Shown here: one piece after another, positions 53,071 through 64,000 of the stretch
Layout: every line of letters begins with the position of its first letter
Numbering within the stretch: the first letter of the stretch is position 1
Assembly: GCA_946965045.2 (NCBI GenBank)
Contig: OX337231.1
Coordinates: forward strand, 806,001-870,000
Direction of reading: 5' to 3'
Length of the DNA: 64,000 bases
Source: Epithemia pelagica
Taxonomy: Eukaryota; Protista; Bacillariophyta
Notes under the pieces: generated by a model
Database searches by the model: none
What the model saw: only the letters and a program-made list of their open reading frames with translations
What the model was told of the DNA's origin: nothing
Program-made: the position numbers and the translations under genes

Positions 53071-53958
53071 TCAATACGCCATGTGTTCCTTGACAGATGC
53101 TGGGTTCACGTCGCCACCTTCGAAGCGTTTCTTATCAATTGGAGCAACCTTAACTTCCTTCCATTTCAGAGAAGTCTTCCCCTTGGGACCTTCACATGAA
53201 ACTTGTCCATTCATCGGAAGCGAACCCCACTTTCCCATGGAAGGAGGATTTCCCGCTTTGCATGCTTCAAGAAGCTGGATCGTTGTTTCAGGTGTGAGAC
53301 ATTCATAGTAATCATCATTGAGCTGAACCATCGGGGCATTAGCGCAAGCACCCAAGCACTCTACTTCCAGCAATGTGAACAACCCATCCTTCGTGGTCTC
53401 TCCATTCTTTATTCCAAGATAATCTTCAATGGTTTTACGAATGTCGTTGGATCCACAAATCATGCAAGGGGTAGTACCACAGAGCTGAATAAAGTACTTT
53501 CCCACGGGTGTTCTGTTGAACATGGTGTAGAAACTGGCGACTTCATACACTTTAATTGCGTTCACTTCGCATATCTGGGCCACTTTTTGCATCGCGACAA
53601 GAGGCAACCAACCACCACTTTGACGTTGAGCGAGGTCCAGGAGCGGAATCATCGCAGCCTGCTTGTAATTATTGGGGTACTTTGAAAGAATTAGAGCCAC
53701 GCGCTCGTAGTTTTCGGGAGTGAAATCGAAAAGGGTGTACTCATTATTTTCAGGTGTATCAATATGCTAAAAAGAAAAAAAGGTTGAGTCTCCAAGTCAG
53801 AGCGATCAGGATGCCCAACCATCTGGCGACACATCAAGTGGCCCACGTACGAAAGGCTTTTGCGCTCCCATTGTTCGCGCCTGGACGCTGAACAGAGGCG
53901 ACGCAATCGAAGGGGTAACAACCCTTCTAGAAATCAAGGAGACAGAACGTGAGAACAT
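53071..53958 (-). CDS. NDUFV2: Mitochondrial complex I 24-kDa [2Fe-2S] subunit, ~267 aa, one intron 53767-53850
   Basis: Presequence MFSRSVSLISRRVVTPS; after an 84-bp intron, HIDTPENN...KQAAMIPLLDLAQRQ, EVASFYTMF, CGTTPC and ECLGACANAP. Confidence 0.95.
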
Positions 53959-54581
53959 GTTCTTGCTTCTATTGCGTGTGTTGATGATCGAGAGACCAGT
54001 TCATGATGAGGCGGACAACGCTGTTAAACCATCGCGATGCGTCCGTGTGTGTGTTGGAATCACCCACTTACTCCCAAGTGATTCGTCGAAGCAACTTGCT
54101 ATGTGACATTGAAAGAAATCAATCTTTAGAACGCTTGTGTTGCCAATCCGTGATTCGCCCGTGACCCGCTGCAATCCCAACCACACAAAGGATAGGGCTT
54201 AGTAGAGTCACGGGGAAGAGTAATGTCGGACAGTCAGTGGTGCGATGTTCTACTGTTTTATCTATACAGAAAAGAGATGTCTGTCTGTTGCTCCCAATGC
54301 GCCTTTATCCCCGATCCCCGCCGTCGAAGCGACTGGCTCAGCGTGACCACCGGTGGGAACCAGTACCGGATCTACTTGTTACCTTGCGGTCCACCCGCTT
54401 GGTATCCCCCACGCCTGTTCGTGTATCCGGGTTAGTGCTTTGTGAGTCTTACAGAGAGTACTTTTCTATTGGGGCTCTGTATCTGTACCCGTTGCTACTT
54501 TTCTGAAACTGCAGTTTTTTTGGTTTTGCTTTGGGCTTTGACCCTTTGCTCACAAAATTTGATTGCGAGAAAAACGAAAAG

Positions 54582-55589
54582 ATGTTCGCCGCCAACAAGA
54601 GACAACATTCCAGCAGACGCCAAGAGAAGAAGCCGTGCAGTAGTCCGGGAGAAAAGGACATTCTCTGTGGAAAGGATAAGACTTACGCCAAACATGCCGG
54701 TAACCGACTTTTTCGAGAGCGCATTGAAGTGATGAAGGTATCCTATGTTGCTGCTCCATCCAAACAGGAGAAAATGGCCATTACCAAGGGCATTGTCACC
54801 TACATGCAGGTCGAACATGGCTGCCGCTTCGTGAAGAAACTGGAAAACAATACATGGGCTGAAATCAATAATCAGGCTGCACGGGACAAGGTCAGTCATG
54901 CCTTGCGATTTGCGGCTCGCAATCTCAAAACGTCCGAAACCACGAGTAACTCTACAGCGTCCACGTCCAACAAGAAGGCGGGTCGACGTCCACGACGCAT
55001 GCAAAGTTCACAAAGTGACGAGAGCAGCGTCAGCACTTCCACCAGTAACCAGTCTGAAACGGTCGAAAGCGAAGAAGGTGAACCAGTTCCACTATCTAAA
55101 GTCTTTGGGGAAAACTTTTCAGCTAGTGGCATTTCTCCTTCCTTCTTCCCATACGACAATGCCGAGGACATGGCAATGTTAACAAATGATGCTGAAAGAC
55201 CAGTCACTTCGTCCTTTCCAATTGACGACCCGCACACACAAACTCCTATGTTTCAACCAAGGGGAATGGAAACGTTCAACAGTGATGATATGGTTTCAAG
55301 CTCCATCATTCCAGCAGACTATCAAGATGAGGCGCCACCAACATCGTATGGTCGAGGGTTCCTAGCAGAACAACCGCCTCTCTCCTTTCCTGAAACAAGG
55401 GAAGATGACTTTGTGGATATTACGCGACAGTCTCTCCGTTCGTTGCAAATAGACGATGACTCTGGTGCGCTGTTTGATGCGCCGCCCATTCAGCCATTTG
55501 ATACCTTGCGAAGTGCCGATCTCGATGAGATCTTCAACGAGCCAATGGACAACGAATGGGAGGCTGTGGCCAAGCTCGCAGAGAGCTGA
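54582..55589 (+). CDS. DUF6824-domain protein (diatom-expanded family)
   Basis: DILCGKDKTYAKHAGNRLFR...RFVKK...W...ARDKVSHALR, followed by a Ser/acidic disordered tail. Confidence 0.8.
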   Translation: MFAANKRQHSSRRQEKKPCSSPGEKDILCGKDKTYAKHAGNRLFRERIEVMKVSYVAAPSKQEKMAITKGIVTYMQVEHGCRFVKKLENNTWAEINNQAARDKVSHALRFAARNLKTSETTSNSTASTSNKKAGRRPRRMQSSQSDESSVSTSTSNQSETVESEEGEPVPLSKVFGENFSASGISPSFFPYDNAEDMAMLTNDAERPVTSSFPIDDPHTQTPMFQPRGMETFNSDDMVSSSIIPADYQDEAPPTSYGRGFLAEQPPLSFPETREDDFVDITRQSLRSLQIDDDSGALFDAPPIQPFDTLRSADLDEIFNEPMDNEWEAVAKLAES

Positions 55590-56178
55590 AAGACAGTCAT
55601 GTACAGTTCTAGATATATTTTCGCATCCTAACTAGAGTTTTGATTTCTTAAGTCCATTCATTTCTCTTAGCTGTTCGTCGTCTCTCTCTCTACTAGACGG
55701 GGCCATCATAGTCACACGTATCACGTATCCCCATCGTCTTGCGACTTGCTTGAAAGCGATCTTTTCCTCGGTTTTCGTCTTACCTAGAGGAGAGCGCCAT
55801 GGTGCCTATCCCCACGCCTACACCCTTGTTTCAGGAGAGGTCGTATTTCGCACGATCGATTCTGATGCGATACGCCAATGCTCGAAGCTTGATTAGACTG
55901 CATCCTGTATGCTGCAATCTGCAGTTGGGGGAGGTTCGCTTTACTATCAGTCGAACTGTGCAGTCGCGCAGTTCCGTGACGTCCCGGAACAGGGACACAC
56001 GGAAGTTGGAAGCCATTCGATATCCGTACCCACCTCTCCCCCATCCGACGAACCATCCCATATCCCATCCAGCAAAATGCAAAATATCTCCTTCCAACTT
56101 CCAACGGCTCGCCTTGTGAGCCGATGAATTCGAACGAACACGACACAACAAGACCAGATTGAGGAAATATCACCCAGA

Positions 56179-58038
56179 ATGAATCGACGTGAAGAAAATG
56201 AGGGCACCTCTTTCGGCGGACGAATACGACAAGGACGTTCCCTGTCACCAAAACGAGAAATAAATACCAAGATCATGACATTCGTGACTGTGATGAGTAT
56301 GGTGGTGATAATGACAATCCTCATGGTTTCGATTACACTATCTGCTAAGGTAACAGAAAAATCATTGGATTCATTCTCGTTGCTATCGGAGCCAGAAAAA
56401 TCAAAGGAGGAAAATCACCGCATTGTTCAAAGACGTTATGGTCGTCGTTTGGGTGCCGCCAACAACATTTCATCTCCATTGATGTCCGAAATCAGGAACC
56501 ACAATGTAGTTTTCTCAACCTCGACCACTCAAAATATAGTGGCAGTCCCTGAGAAAGAAGCGGTTGGTAAAAAAGGTCGCCAAACTCGAAACTGCACGAA
56601 TCCAGAATATGATGTGGACCCCAACGACTCGGACCGACAATCCATGCTTTTCTTGTCTCGGCCGACGTGTCGCAACGACAATCCAAGCAGGACGATTACA
56701 AACCATACGAGCGCCAGTCCATGGCAGTCCTTGATTGATGACTTGGAACAACGATTTGCAGCCACATGTCGTTCGCAACCCATAGTAGTGAGTGCGGCCT
56801 TTGGTCGTCATTACCTTCAATATCATTGGGTTCAACGACAAACACAACCTGCAGAGAATCAACCAAATACAACAAACACTACTCCAATCAATGCTTGTCA
56901 TTTTTTGTTGGTGTTGGACGAAACGCTGCAGTCGCTTCCAACCAGTCGTCGACGACACGGACGACTACAAACACAAATCTCTCAGGAGGCGTGGTGGCGT
57001 GCTCGCATGGGAGGAGAGCACAATCCAAACCATTTGCGATTGGTAGTCATTCCTCGAGCCTGGTTGCCCTTTCAAAGTTTACGACGCAACATCAAAATAT
57101 TCAAATTGCATCCCCGATTTCTCTTTCCATGGGCCACACGTATTTTATGGATTGATGCCAAGTTGCCTTGGTTCGTCCAACCGTCGTCTTCTCAACTCCT
57201 CCTCGACAAACTTTTTGGTAATGGTGTGGAGGACCCTCGAAACTTGTCCTCCTCATCTTTTGTTTCCAACAACGTTTGTGGCTCCGTAATATCTTTGCCA
57301 CTTGATCCTACCACAATGGCACATCCCATGAACACTACAGCAACACCATCATCAAGGGCTCAAAACTTTCGCGTCCATGAACCGGGATCCAAGACAGAGC
57401 CATCGCCGTGGCTGTCAACAGTGCGTTTTGGTGGTCATTGTTATGCTGTCCAACAAGCCTTTGCCTATCGACCGGATGTGTCCGATTCTTCCGATGCCAT
57501 TTCCAGCCAATGTACGACCTATCTCCAAGATGTACCGCACACAACCAAACTAGACAACGGTGGTGATGAAGAGTGGACAGTGTCTTCGCCCATTTTGGAC
57601 ACCACCATGATTGACAGTGCTGTTCTGGCCCGAGATTTTCGAACGCCATATTGTGCCTCCTTTTGGAGGCGTTTATCATGTCGGTGGTCGGACGAAATTC
57701 ATTGCTTTAGTGATCGTGATCAATTAAGTTTCGGTTATGCACTGTATCAATCGGTGAGACAACGACAACAAGAATCAAGCATGGGGCACACCACCAAGGA
57801 GGACTACTCAACTATGAAACGGAGTACTACGACGTCATCAAGAGAAACCAACGCAACAAGGACGACTCCCTGGATCTGGAAACAAGAATCGTCTTCCCAT
57901 GACGTGGAAAAAGAAGGTACTGAGAACTCGACTCGTCTTTTACTCGATGCCATCACGGAGATACCGCTGTTGCGGTTTCTACCACGTCGGTGTCATTGGT
58001 ATTACGGCCATGAGGCATTGGTGGAATGTCGTATTTGA
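56179..58038 (+). CDS. DUF616 (TOD1/MUCI70)-like glycosyltransferase-family type II membrane protein
   Basis: N-terminal TM; RRNIKIFKLHPRFLFP...ILWIDAKL; W.DE..CFSDRDQLSFGY. Confidence 0.75.
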   Translation: MNRREENEGTSFGGRIRQGRSLSPKREINTKIMTFVTVMSMVVIMTILMVSITLSAKVTEKSLDSFSLLSEPEKSKEENHRIVQRRYGRRLGAANNISSPLMSEIRNHNVVFSTSTTQNIVAVPEKEAVGKKGRQTRNCTNPEYDVDPNDSDRQSMLFLSRPTCRNDNPSRTITNHTSASPWQSLIDDLEQRFAATCRSQPIVVSAAFGRHYLQYHWVQRQTQPAENQPNTTNTTPINACHFLLVLDETLQSLPTSRRRHGRLQTQISQEAWWRARMGGEHNPNHLRLVVIPRAWLPFQSLRRNIKIFKLHPRFLFPWATRILWIDAKLPWFVQPSSSQLLLDKLFGNGVEDPRNLSSSSFVSNNVCGSVISLPLDPTTMAHPMNTTATPSSRAQNFRVHEPGSKTEPSPWLSTVRFGGHCYAVQQAFAYRPDVSDSSDAISSQCTTYLQDVPHTTKLDNGGDEEWTVSSPILDTTMIDSAVLARDFRTPYCASFWRRLSCRWSDEIHCFSDRDQLSFGYALYQSVRQRQQESSMGHTTKEDYSTMKRSTTTSSRETNATRTTPWIWKQESSSHDVEKEGTENSTRLLLDAITEIPLLRFLPRRCHWYYGHEALVECRI

Positions 58039-58452
58039 TGCGGTATGATATGTTGATGGGACGCGAGAGATGGTCACAATTTTGTGTACGGAAGCGTAAA
58101 TGGCGGTGTTGTTCCTAGTAGGGGCATGCAACAACCATAGCGTACCGGACCAATGGAGGTTGTCTGGACTGAGAAAGTCATGATCGATGGACTTCAGGAG
58201 CGCACCTCTATTGGGTTTTAATTCTTATTCCAAGAGAGCGATATGTTTTTGAGTCGTGTTACGAAGCGTTGTCAAAATCAAAACCCATCGCAAAGCGCCT
58301 CGCCTCGCTCTCAGCAATCTGCCACCTGAAAGCTCATAGTAGGAAAAACCATTCCCGCCGCAAGCTTCAAAGACAACTGTTGAGGACAAGCTGTGTTTGA
58401 CAAACTTACATCGGGGTGATCATCGAAACAACACACAACTTTGCACCAAAAA

Positions 58453-60150
58453 ATGTCATCTTTACAATCTCCAAAGCAATGTCCCAAGATTTCGAAGCAG
58501 AAAGGGAATCCAATAAACACTCCTGTGGTGACAACGAGAGCATCATATGAGGATCATGATCTTTCACCTCCCAAAGTATCTGAGAAGAGGAAAAAACCTT
58601 TCGACAAAGCAGTGAGCGCGATCATACACGATTGGCCAAGCATCCGTGTTGAGTGGACGAACAACCGACAAGAGGTGAAATGGTATAAGATCAGGGACAA
58701 TGGCCACAAAGTCGAGCTTCCTCTTGAGTTTTGTCGCATTTTTCTCTTCCTATATGGTCGCAGCTTTATGAGCAATGGAAGCAAGGCGGATCGGATCGCT
58801 GCTGTCACAGCCATGCTGGGAATGACTAGTCGACAATGCATCTTGCAAGTGATGAACACTGATGGAGACACTGATCTATCTAATGAGGAGGTTCATCGTG
58901 TTCATTATATCCGGGCCTGTTTGTCGATTCACCGCTACTTTCAACAAACAGCAACGACAGGGTTTTTCGAAGATACATCAAAGATGACCTTTTACTTTCG
59001 AATCCAAAAGCACGGTAGTTGCTTCCTTCAAGCACCATGTGTGGCCATGTCATACGTTTTGAGTGTTTTTGGTGAAACTGTGCCTCCTACCAATGTCTCA
59101 CGACTGATCCGACACTACTTTAGCGATGAGCAGCTCAAAAAGTATATTGTTGACAACAACGGCGGGGACTCCGCAGGCATCTTCCAAATTCTGGACAAGA
59201 AATTCTTTAACTGCACAAGGCGCACTCATAAGCAGGAGGCAAAGTCAGCCTCTTCTTTGTCCGAAGGGCTGGATCGGCGACTTATTTTAAGCATACTTGC
59301 AAAGCAGCCTGTCTTGGTGTCCAGATTCGAAGTCACAGAAAGCTTTTGGTGCAGACCGCCATCACAAAATGTAAGAAGAAAGTGTCCTGACTTGGATCAA
59401 CTTCTACGCAAAATTGAGGATACAGAGCAAGTGATCGAGAAGAATGTCTGGGGTGAAATACCTGCGCACTTGATTCCTCGTGGTGTTGCCCGGTTCACTG
59501 CATGGAATCAACCGGCCGAATTTATTCTTTTGGATGATCCCGTTCATTCAGAACTGAAAGATCAGGAAGCTGCTTTACGTGTCAAATGGCAGGAAGCATT
59601 GAATGGATCGGTAGATGATGAGAAGGATGACGATACGTTCACTACCGTCGCTCTATCCTCCTCGAAGGGTTCCAGCTTTGACTCCGAGGGGTCGCTTATT
59701 GACAACACATCGACCTTGGTGAATGAAGGTAGCGACAATTTCTCTGAAGAGGATTGGTCCCATCTTCTGGATGACAATGAATATGATGAAGAACGTCCCT
59801 TTGCGTCTAGGGAAACTGATGAACCTGGAGAAGGAGATGGAACGGTCTATCACGCAATGATTCTTCTCGGTTATCGCATAGCAGATGGGTCGGAATACTG
59901 GCTGATGCAGAACTCTTGGGAGGGTCCGATGCAGCTCATTGAAGTCAGTACCGAGTATTTACTACAGGCAGATCCTTATCTCGTTTACCACAATCTGAAT
60001 TGTCGGGAACTCAAAACTCGTGCTCATTGGGAAAGCCAGAACTTGGCCGGTTTCTTTTGCCGGTCTCCCATAGCAGAGAGCAGCCATCTCGAAAGGAATG
60101 ACTGTGAAAGTTGGGCGCATTCCATCATTCATTCTCCACCAACGAACTAA
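58453..60150 (+). CDS. Papain-fold (clan CA) cysteine peptidase-like protein with no signal peptide
   Basis: IQKHGSCFLQA (oxyanion Q, catalytic C), YHAMILLGY (H) and YWLMQNSW (N). Confidence 0.7.
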   Translation: MSSLQSPKQCPKISKQKGNPINTPVVTTRASYEDHDLSPPKVSEKRKKPFDKAVSAIIHDWPSIRVEWTNNRQEVKWYKIRDNGHKVELPLEFCRIFLFLYGRSFMSNGSKADRIAAVTAMLGMTSRQCILQVMNTDGDTDLSNEEVHRVHYIRACLSIHRYFQQTATTGFFEDTSKMTFYFRIQKHGSCFLQAPCVAMSYVLSVFGETVPPTNVSRLIRHYFSDEQLKKYIVDNNGGDSAGIFQILDKKFFNCTRRTHKQEAKSASSLSEGLDRRLILSILAKQPVLVSRFEVTESFWCRPPSQNVRRKCPDLDQLLRKIEDTEQVIEKNVWGEIPAHLIPRGVARFTAWNQPAEFILLDDPVHSELKDQEAALRVKWQEALNGSVDDEKDDDTFTTVALSSSKGSSFDSEGSLIDNTSTLVNEGSDNFSEEDWSHLLDDNEYDEERPFASRETDEPGEGDGTVYHAMILLGYRIADGSEYWLMQNSWEGPMQLIEVSTEYLLQADPYLVYHNLNCRELKTRAHWESQNLAGFFCRSPIAESSHLERNDCESWAHSIIHSPPTN

Positions 60151-60659
60151 TCACGGGATCTATTTCCCTACAATAGACATGCAGTGTTGCCTCGGTGCTC
60201 GGTGGCGCCCTGAACTGCTCTTTCCATGAACACCTTGGAATTCTACTTAAATCTTATATTTATCCAACAGACTGTTGACTTTCGTCTCTGATCTTGCATG
60301 CTTTGGATAACGGAGATTCTGACGGTCATGCAGAAATCCATCGTCATGGTGAGACGAGGCGTGACCAGAACGCTGGTTCGTGTCCCGGATCTGTTTTCAA
60401 ACCCTTAACCCAAACCTTCACGTAGATACGATGAGTTCCGAAGAACCCATTGCAAGCTGTCATTGTCAACTGTCGACTGTACAGTCAGTCGGTCTCTTGT
60501 GTCTTCGCGCCGGGGGAGATGCCTTGGTCGACATCGCCCAGGGTGCGTTTGCGTGCAATGCATTCTGACTTCTGACATTCCTTGCCGAGAAGCCGATCCA
60601 ACATCATCCTTTGTGGTTGGCGAAGGAAAACGATAGGTAATCACAATACAGAGAGTGAC

Positions 60660-62425
60660 ATGGATATCCGATATGAGTCCTTCGTTTCCTCTGGGACCCT
60701 GGTTGAGGAGAAAAAGGAGCAATCTTCTCTGGCGGAGGATCTTGTCGTGGACTGCAAAGATTCCATCTTGAACACGGTTCGGTCAGAGGAATGGTACAGA
60801 GTAAGTTGACAGATTCGTCCAATGTGTGCTCGTGTAGTCAAACGAATACTGCTGGTCAATGACAGAGGCCCTGTGGTGTTGTTTTCCAACAAAGCACTTT
60901 GACTGTTTTGTTCCATACTTCTCATCCTTCCAATATAATGCCTTTCTCTCTGTTAGCAATCACTTCTTGTGGTTGTTGTTGGGGCATCTGGAGATTTGGC
61001 CAAGAAAAAGACATACCCAGCTCTCTATTCATTGTGGAAGGCCCGATTGCTTCCACGAGACACCATTATTTGGGGGTTTGCTCGTTCTCCCAAGGAAAAC
61101 GACGACTTTCGACGTCATCTGGAACCCTATTTGAAGGCCGCCAAGGATGGTGGCGCTGCAGCAGACTTCCTCCAGCTGTGTTTTTATCGAAAAGGTGCTT
61201 CCTATGCCGACTGGGGAGGGATCCGTTCCATTCTTTTGGAGTGTCGCATGCAGAATATTCTGTTCTACCTCGCGATTCCTCCAAATGGTAAGTTCTGGTC
61301 GTTTCTCAGTTTGTTCTGGACCTGGATAATGTTGCTTATCGACAGTCTTCTTGTCTAGTCTTTGGTGATTGCACGGGAGCTGTTATGAAAGCTCGACAAC
61401 ATCTTGGAACCAGTGTCGATGGCTTCCTTCGCGTTGTTCTGGAGAAGCCATTTGGGAAAGATACGGAAAGCTGCCAAGAGTTGTTACAAACGTTGGTGGA
61501 TCAAAGGTGGTCAGAAGAGGAGCTGTATCGGATTGACCACTATCTTGGAAAGGAGATGGTGCAAAACATTTTAGTTTTGCGACAACACAATCCATGGATG
61601 CAATCCTTTTGGAATAAGAACTACATTCAGGCCGTCCACTTGATTTGGAAAGAAGATATCGGGACAGAAGGACGCGGAGGGTACTTTGATCCGTACGGAA
61701 TCATTCGAGACATTCTGCAAAACCATCTTTTGCAAGTCTTATCATTGGTGGCAATGGAGTCTCCAGATCAGTGGACATCCGATGAAATACGGAACGCCAA
61801 AGTCAATGTTCTCAAGGCTATGGCACCGGTGAAACTTTCTGATTGTTTGCTGGGACAATACGACGGATACAAAGACGACCCGACGATTGAAAATAGAGAC
61901 ACTGTGTCACCAACCTATGCTTGCATTCGTACCAAGATTGACACACCACGATGGGATGGAGTTAATTTCATCATGGAGGCTGGTAAGGCATTGAACGAAC
62001 GGGTGTGTGAAGTTCGACTTCACTTTCGAGGCTCCGTGACATCCAGTCAGCCCAATGCCTTGGTGCTGCGCCTGCAACCAACACCCAAACTCTTTTTTAC
62101 GGCCAATATCAAAACTCCCGGATTTACATCAACACCAGCGAGTGCACATTTAGGAGTGGACTATCAGAATCATGTGGATGCGATTCCTGATGCCTACACT
62201 AGACTGTTGTTGGACGTCTTACGGGCTCAGCAAGAGAACTTTGTCCGTGACGATGAACTGATTCATGCCTGGAGAATTTTTACTCCGGTACTCCACCAAA
62301 CGGAACAGCAACAGATTGAACCACTGCCCTACAGCCGTGACACGGCCGGCCCAGAGCTCCGTCAAGATTTCTTGAGGAGTATGAGTGTCACACAGCCGTG
62401 GGTAGCCCCTGCATCAGCTCTTTAG
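60660..62425 (+). CDS. G6PD: Glucose-6-phosphate 1-dehydrogenase, ~512 aa, introns 60801-60956 and 61288-61358
   Basis: GASGDLAKKK, EKPFGKD, RIDHYLGKE and GRGGYFDPYGIIRDILQNHLLQ; both GTAAGT...AG introns keep the frame. Confidence 0.95.
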
Positions 62426-62878
62426 TAACCAATACTCACTAGCTCCATACTAAGCGAGGGATTTGGTCAGGACAGCTGTTGCATAATGGTATCAATTAAT
62501 CGCACGGCTCTTTAATTATAGCAAGGCAACACAAGGTTATGGATCGAGAATACAACAGATATAGAGCACCCCCTATATGCCACTTCCTAGTCACAATTGT
62601 TCCCTAATCAAGAGACCAATTAATAAAACCTGTCCAAGCCTAGCAGTTGTCGTCCGTTTCTCAACTTGCACATTGTATCCTTCGCTTTCGGATCTACGTT
62701 GTTGATGAGTGTCGATGACTTGTCCTTTCCCGCGGTGATTTTAATACATTAACAGCACAAATAGTCCTATCGATGCATCGCGATTTGACTTTCTACTTCA
62801 ACACTATGAATTGATCCATATATTTTGACTACGACTTCGTAATACATCAGAGGGAGAAGAAAAACGACTTCGTTTTTG

Positions 62879-64000
62879 CTACAACATCTTCAGAGCATCC
62901 TCCGATAATCCGTATGGAGGAGGGACACGGTTTTCGTGACGCCAGATTCTGGCAATCCACTTTTCATCAATGGCAGGACAACCTTCATGTTCGGTTCGTT
63001 CATCAAACTGCCCCTTAGCATCGGCAGGAAAGAACAGAAGAGCACTTCCCTTTTTTGGCTGAACGGTCAAATGCTTCTCGTCCAAGTCGGATATTGATGC
63101 CGGAAGTCGTCCAAATCGAGTGAGTCCACCCTTTTCAACATCATTCAAGTAGACCAAGAGCGTGGCTAGCGTCTGTCCACCCCGATTGGCATCCTCGGTC
63201 TGCGCCGATCGATTGGCATCAAAGTGTGGTGCCAACACTTGATCCGCTTCGTATCGAATAACTGTCGGGGCCTCGAACATTGACGCCTCCTCTAAGGAAG
63301 CTGAATCTCCACGAAACAGTTTGGCTGCATTCTCCACAAATATTCGCGTTCCACTCGATGCTCCACTGAGGTCGTCCAGAGTGGTGGAGGTACTCGTTCG
63401 AAGAGACTTCAATCCCTCCGCTCTGGAAAATGTGAAGGCGGCGATCAGGGCAGTCACTAGGACAAAAATGATTGCGTAATTCTGCAGTGAGTGAACCACA
63501 AGGTTGAGCTGGCTTGCGTCGCTGCTATCTTTGACCTGGAACCAAGCAGTGGCTAGTGCAACCCATGCCACAGGTCCCTTCGCAGATAATTCAACCAAGT
63601 CCTTAAAATCCTGCGTCCATCCAGCATATGCGACAGGAGAGGGCTCCAATTTTTTCACCTTTGCGGCTTCGATGAGATCATGACAAGCATCATCATCCAA
63701 AAAGTTCTCGACCACAAAGATATCAGGATTCGAGTAAAGCTGTTCAAGTCCTGGATACTGCTCGTTGATAGAAATTCGAGGACCAACAGAACTTGACACC
63801 AACGATGATCTCAAATACGTGATATGTGGCCCCTTGGAGCAATGTGACAGCCTGGAAGATTGGAATCTCAGTTCCTGATGATTGAAACGGCAAGACCTTG
63901 AGGAAGTCTGAAAATGGAATGCCGTTGATTTTCTGGCAAACAAGGTTATTACCGATGCCACAAATGGCAGGAAACACGAAACATTATTATTTCTTGAGCT
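62879..64000 (-). CDS. Prolyl-4-hydroxylase-like 2OG-Fe(II) oxygenase, probably plastid-targeted; 5' end lies beyond the window
   Basis: Frame open to the window edge; HFD, TLLVYLND, GGLTRF, HEGCP and EKW motifs; signal peptide ending STA|F followed by a Ser/Arg-rich transit-like peptide. Confidence 0.8.
   Translation of the reverse strand, partial: SSRNNNVSCFLPFVASVITLFARKSTAFHFQTSSRSCRFNHQELRFQSSRLSHCSKGPHITYLRSSLVSSSVGPRISINEQYPGLEQLYSNPDIFVVENFLDDDACHDLIEAAKVKKLEPSPVAYAGWTQDFKDLVELSAKGPVAWVALATAWFQVKDSSDASQLNLVVHSLQNYAIIFVLVTALIAAFTFSRAEGLKSLRTSTSTTLDDLSGASSGTRIFVENAAKLFRGDSASLEEASMFEAPTVIRYEADQVLAPHFDANRSAQTEDANRGGQTLATLLVYLNDVEKGGLTRFGRLPASISDLDEKHLTVQPKKGSALLFFPADAKGQFDERTEHEGCPAIDEKWIARIWRHENRVPPPYGLSEDALKML

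Noticed and set aside
60801-60956. snoRNA in the unusually long first G6PD intron
   Set aside because: No C/D (RUGAUGA/CUGA) or H/ACA box arrangement is visible.
1-64000. tRNA, rRNA or CRISPR features
   Set aside because: No cloverleaf, T-loop, rRNA-like or repeat-spacer pattern was seen by eye. tRNAscan-SE or Infernal would be needed to exclude them formally.

Overview
Eukaryotic nuclear DNA, most likely a pennate diatom (inferred from compact genes, 68-156 bp GT-AG introns, DUF6824 and diatom-type HMG-box genes, and an SPX-MFS transporter). The right third (~41-64 kb) is mostly ordinary housekeeping and metabolic genes: RCL1, a PILS/AEC transporter, RPLP2, an SLC35A-type nucleotide-sugar transporter, NDUFV2, G6PD and a P4H-like oxygenase. 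The left two-thirds is rich in mobile and rearranged DNA: (i) a complete, very young Ngaro-type tyrosine-recombinase retrotransposon (16440-24358) with A1...B1-A2-B2 split direct repeats, a shared CG crossover, and gag and pol separated by one in-frame TGA; (ii) a 5.8-kb CAC-terminated DNA transposon with a RAG1/Transib/Chapaev-type transposase and a possible cargo gene (34895-40689); (iii) a CRE-like LINE fragment at the window start; (iv) three PD-(D/E)xK nuclease + kinase-fold genes or pseudogenes resembling Crinkler-type effectors, each with inversion, fold-back or foreign-insertion scars and arranged in direct and inverted repeats; (v) two tandem genes for putatively N-myristoylated proteins built from exact 28-residue His-containing repeats. 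A 5'-truncated RT/RNase H LINE with an uninterrupted ORF also sits among the housekeeping genes (43660-47900). All family assignments come from motifs read by eye; no database searches were run.
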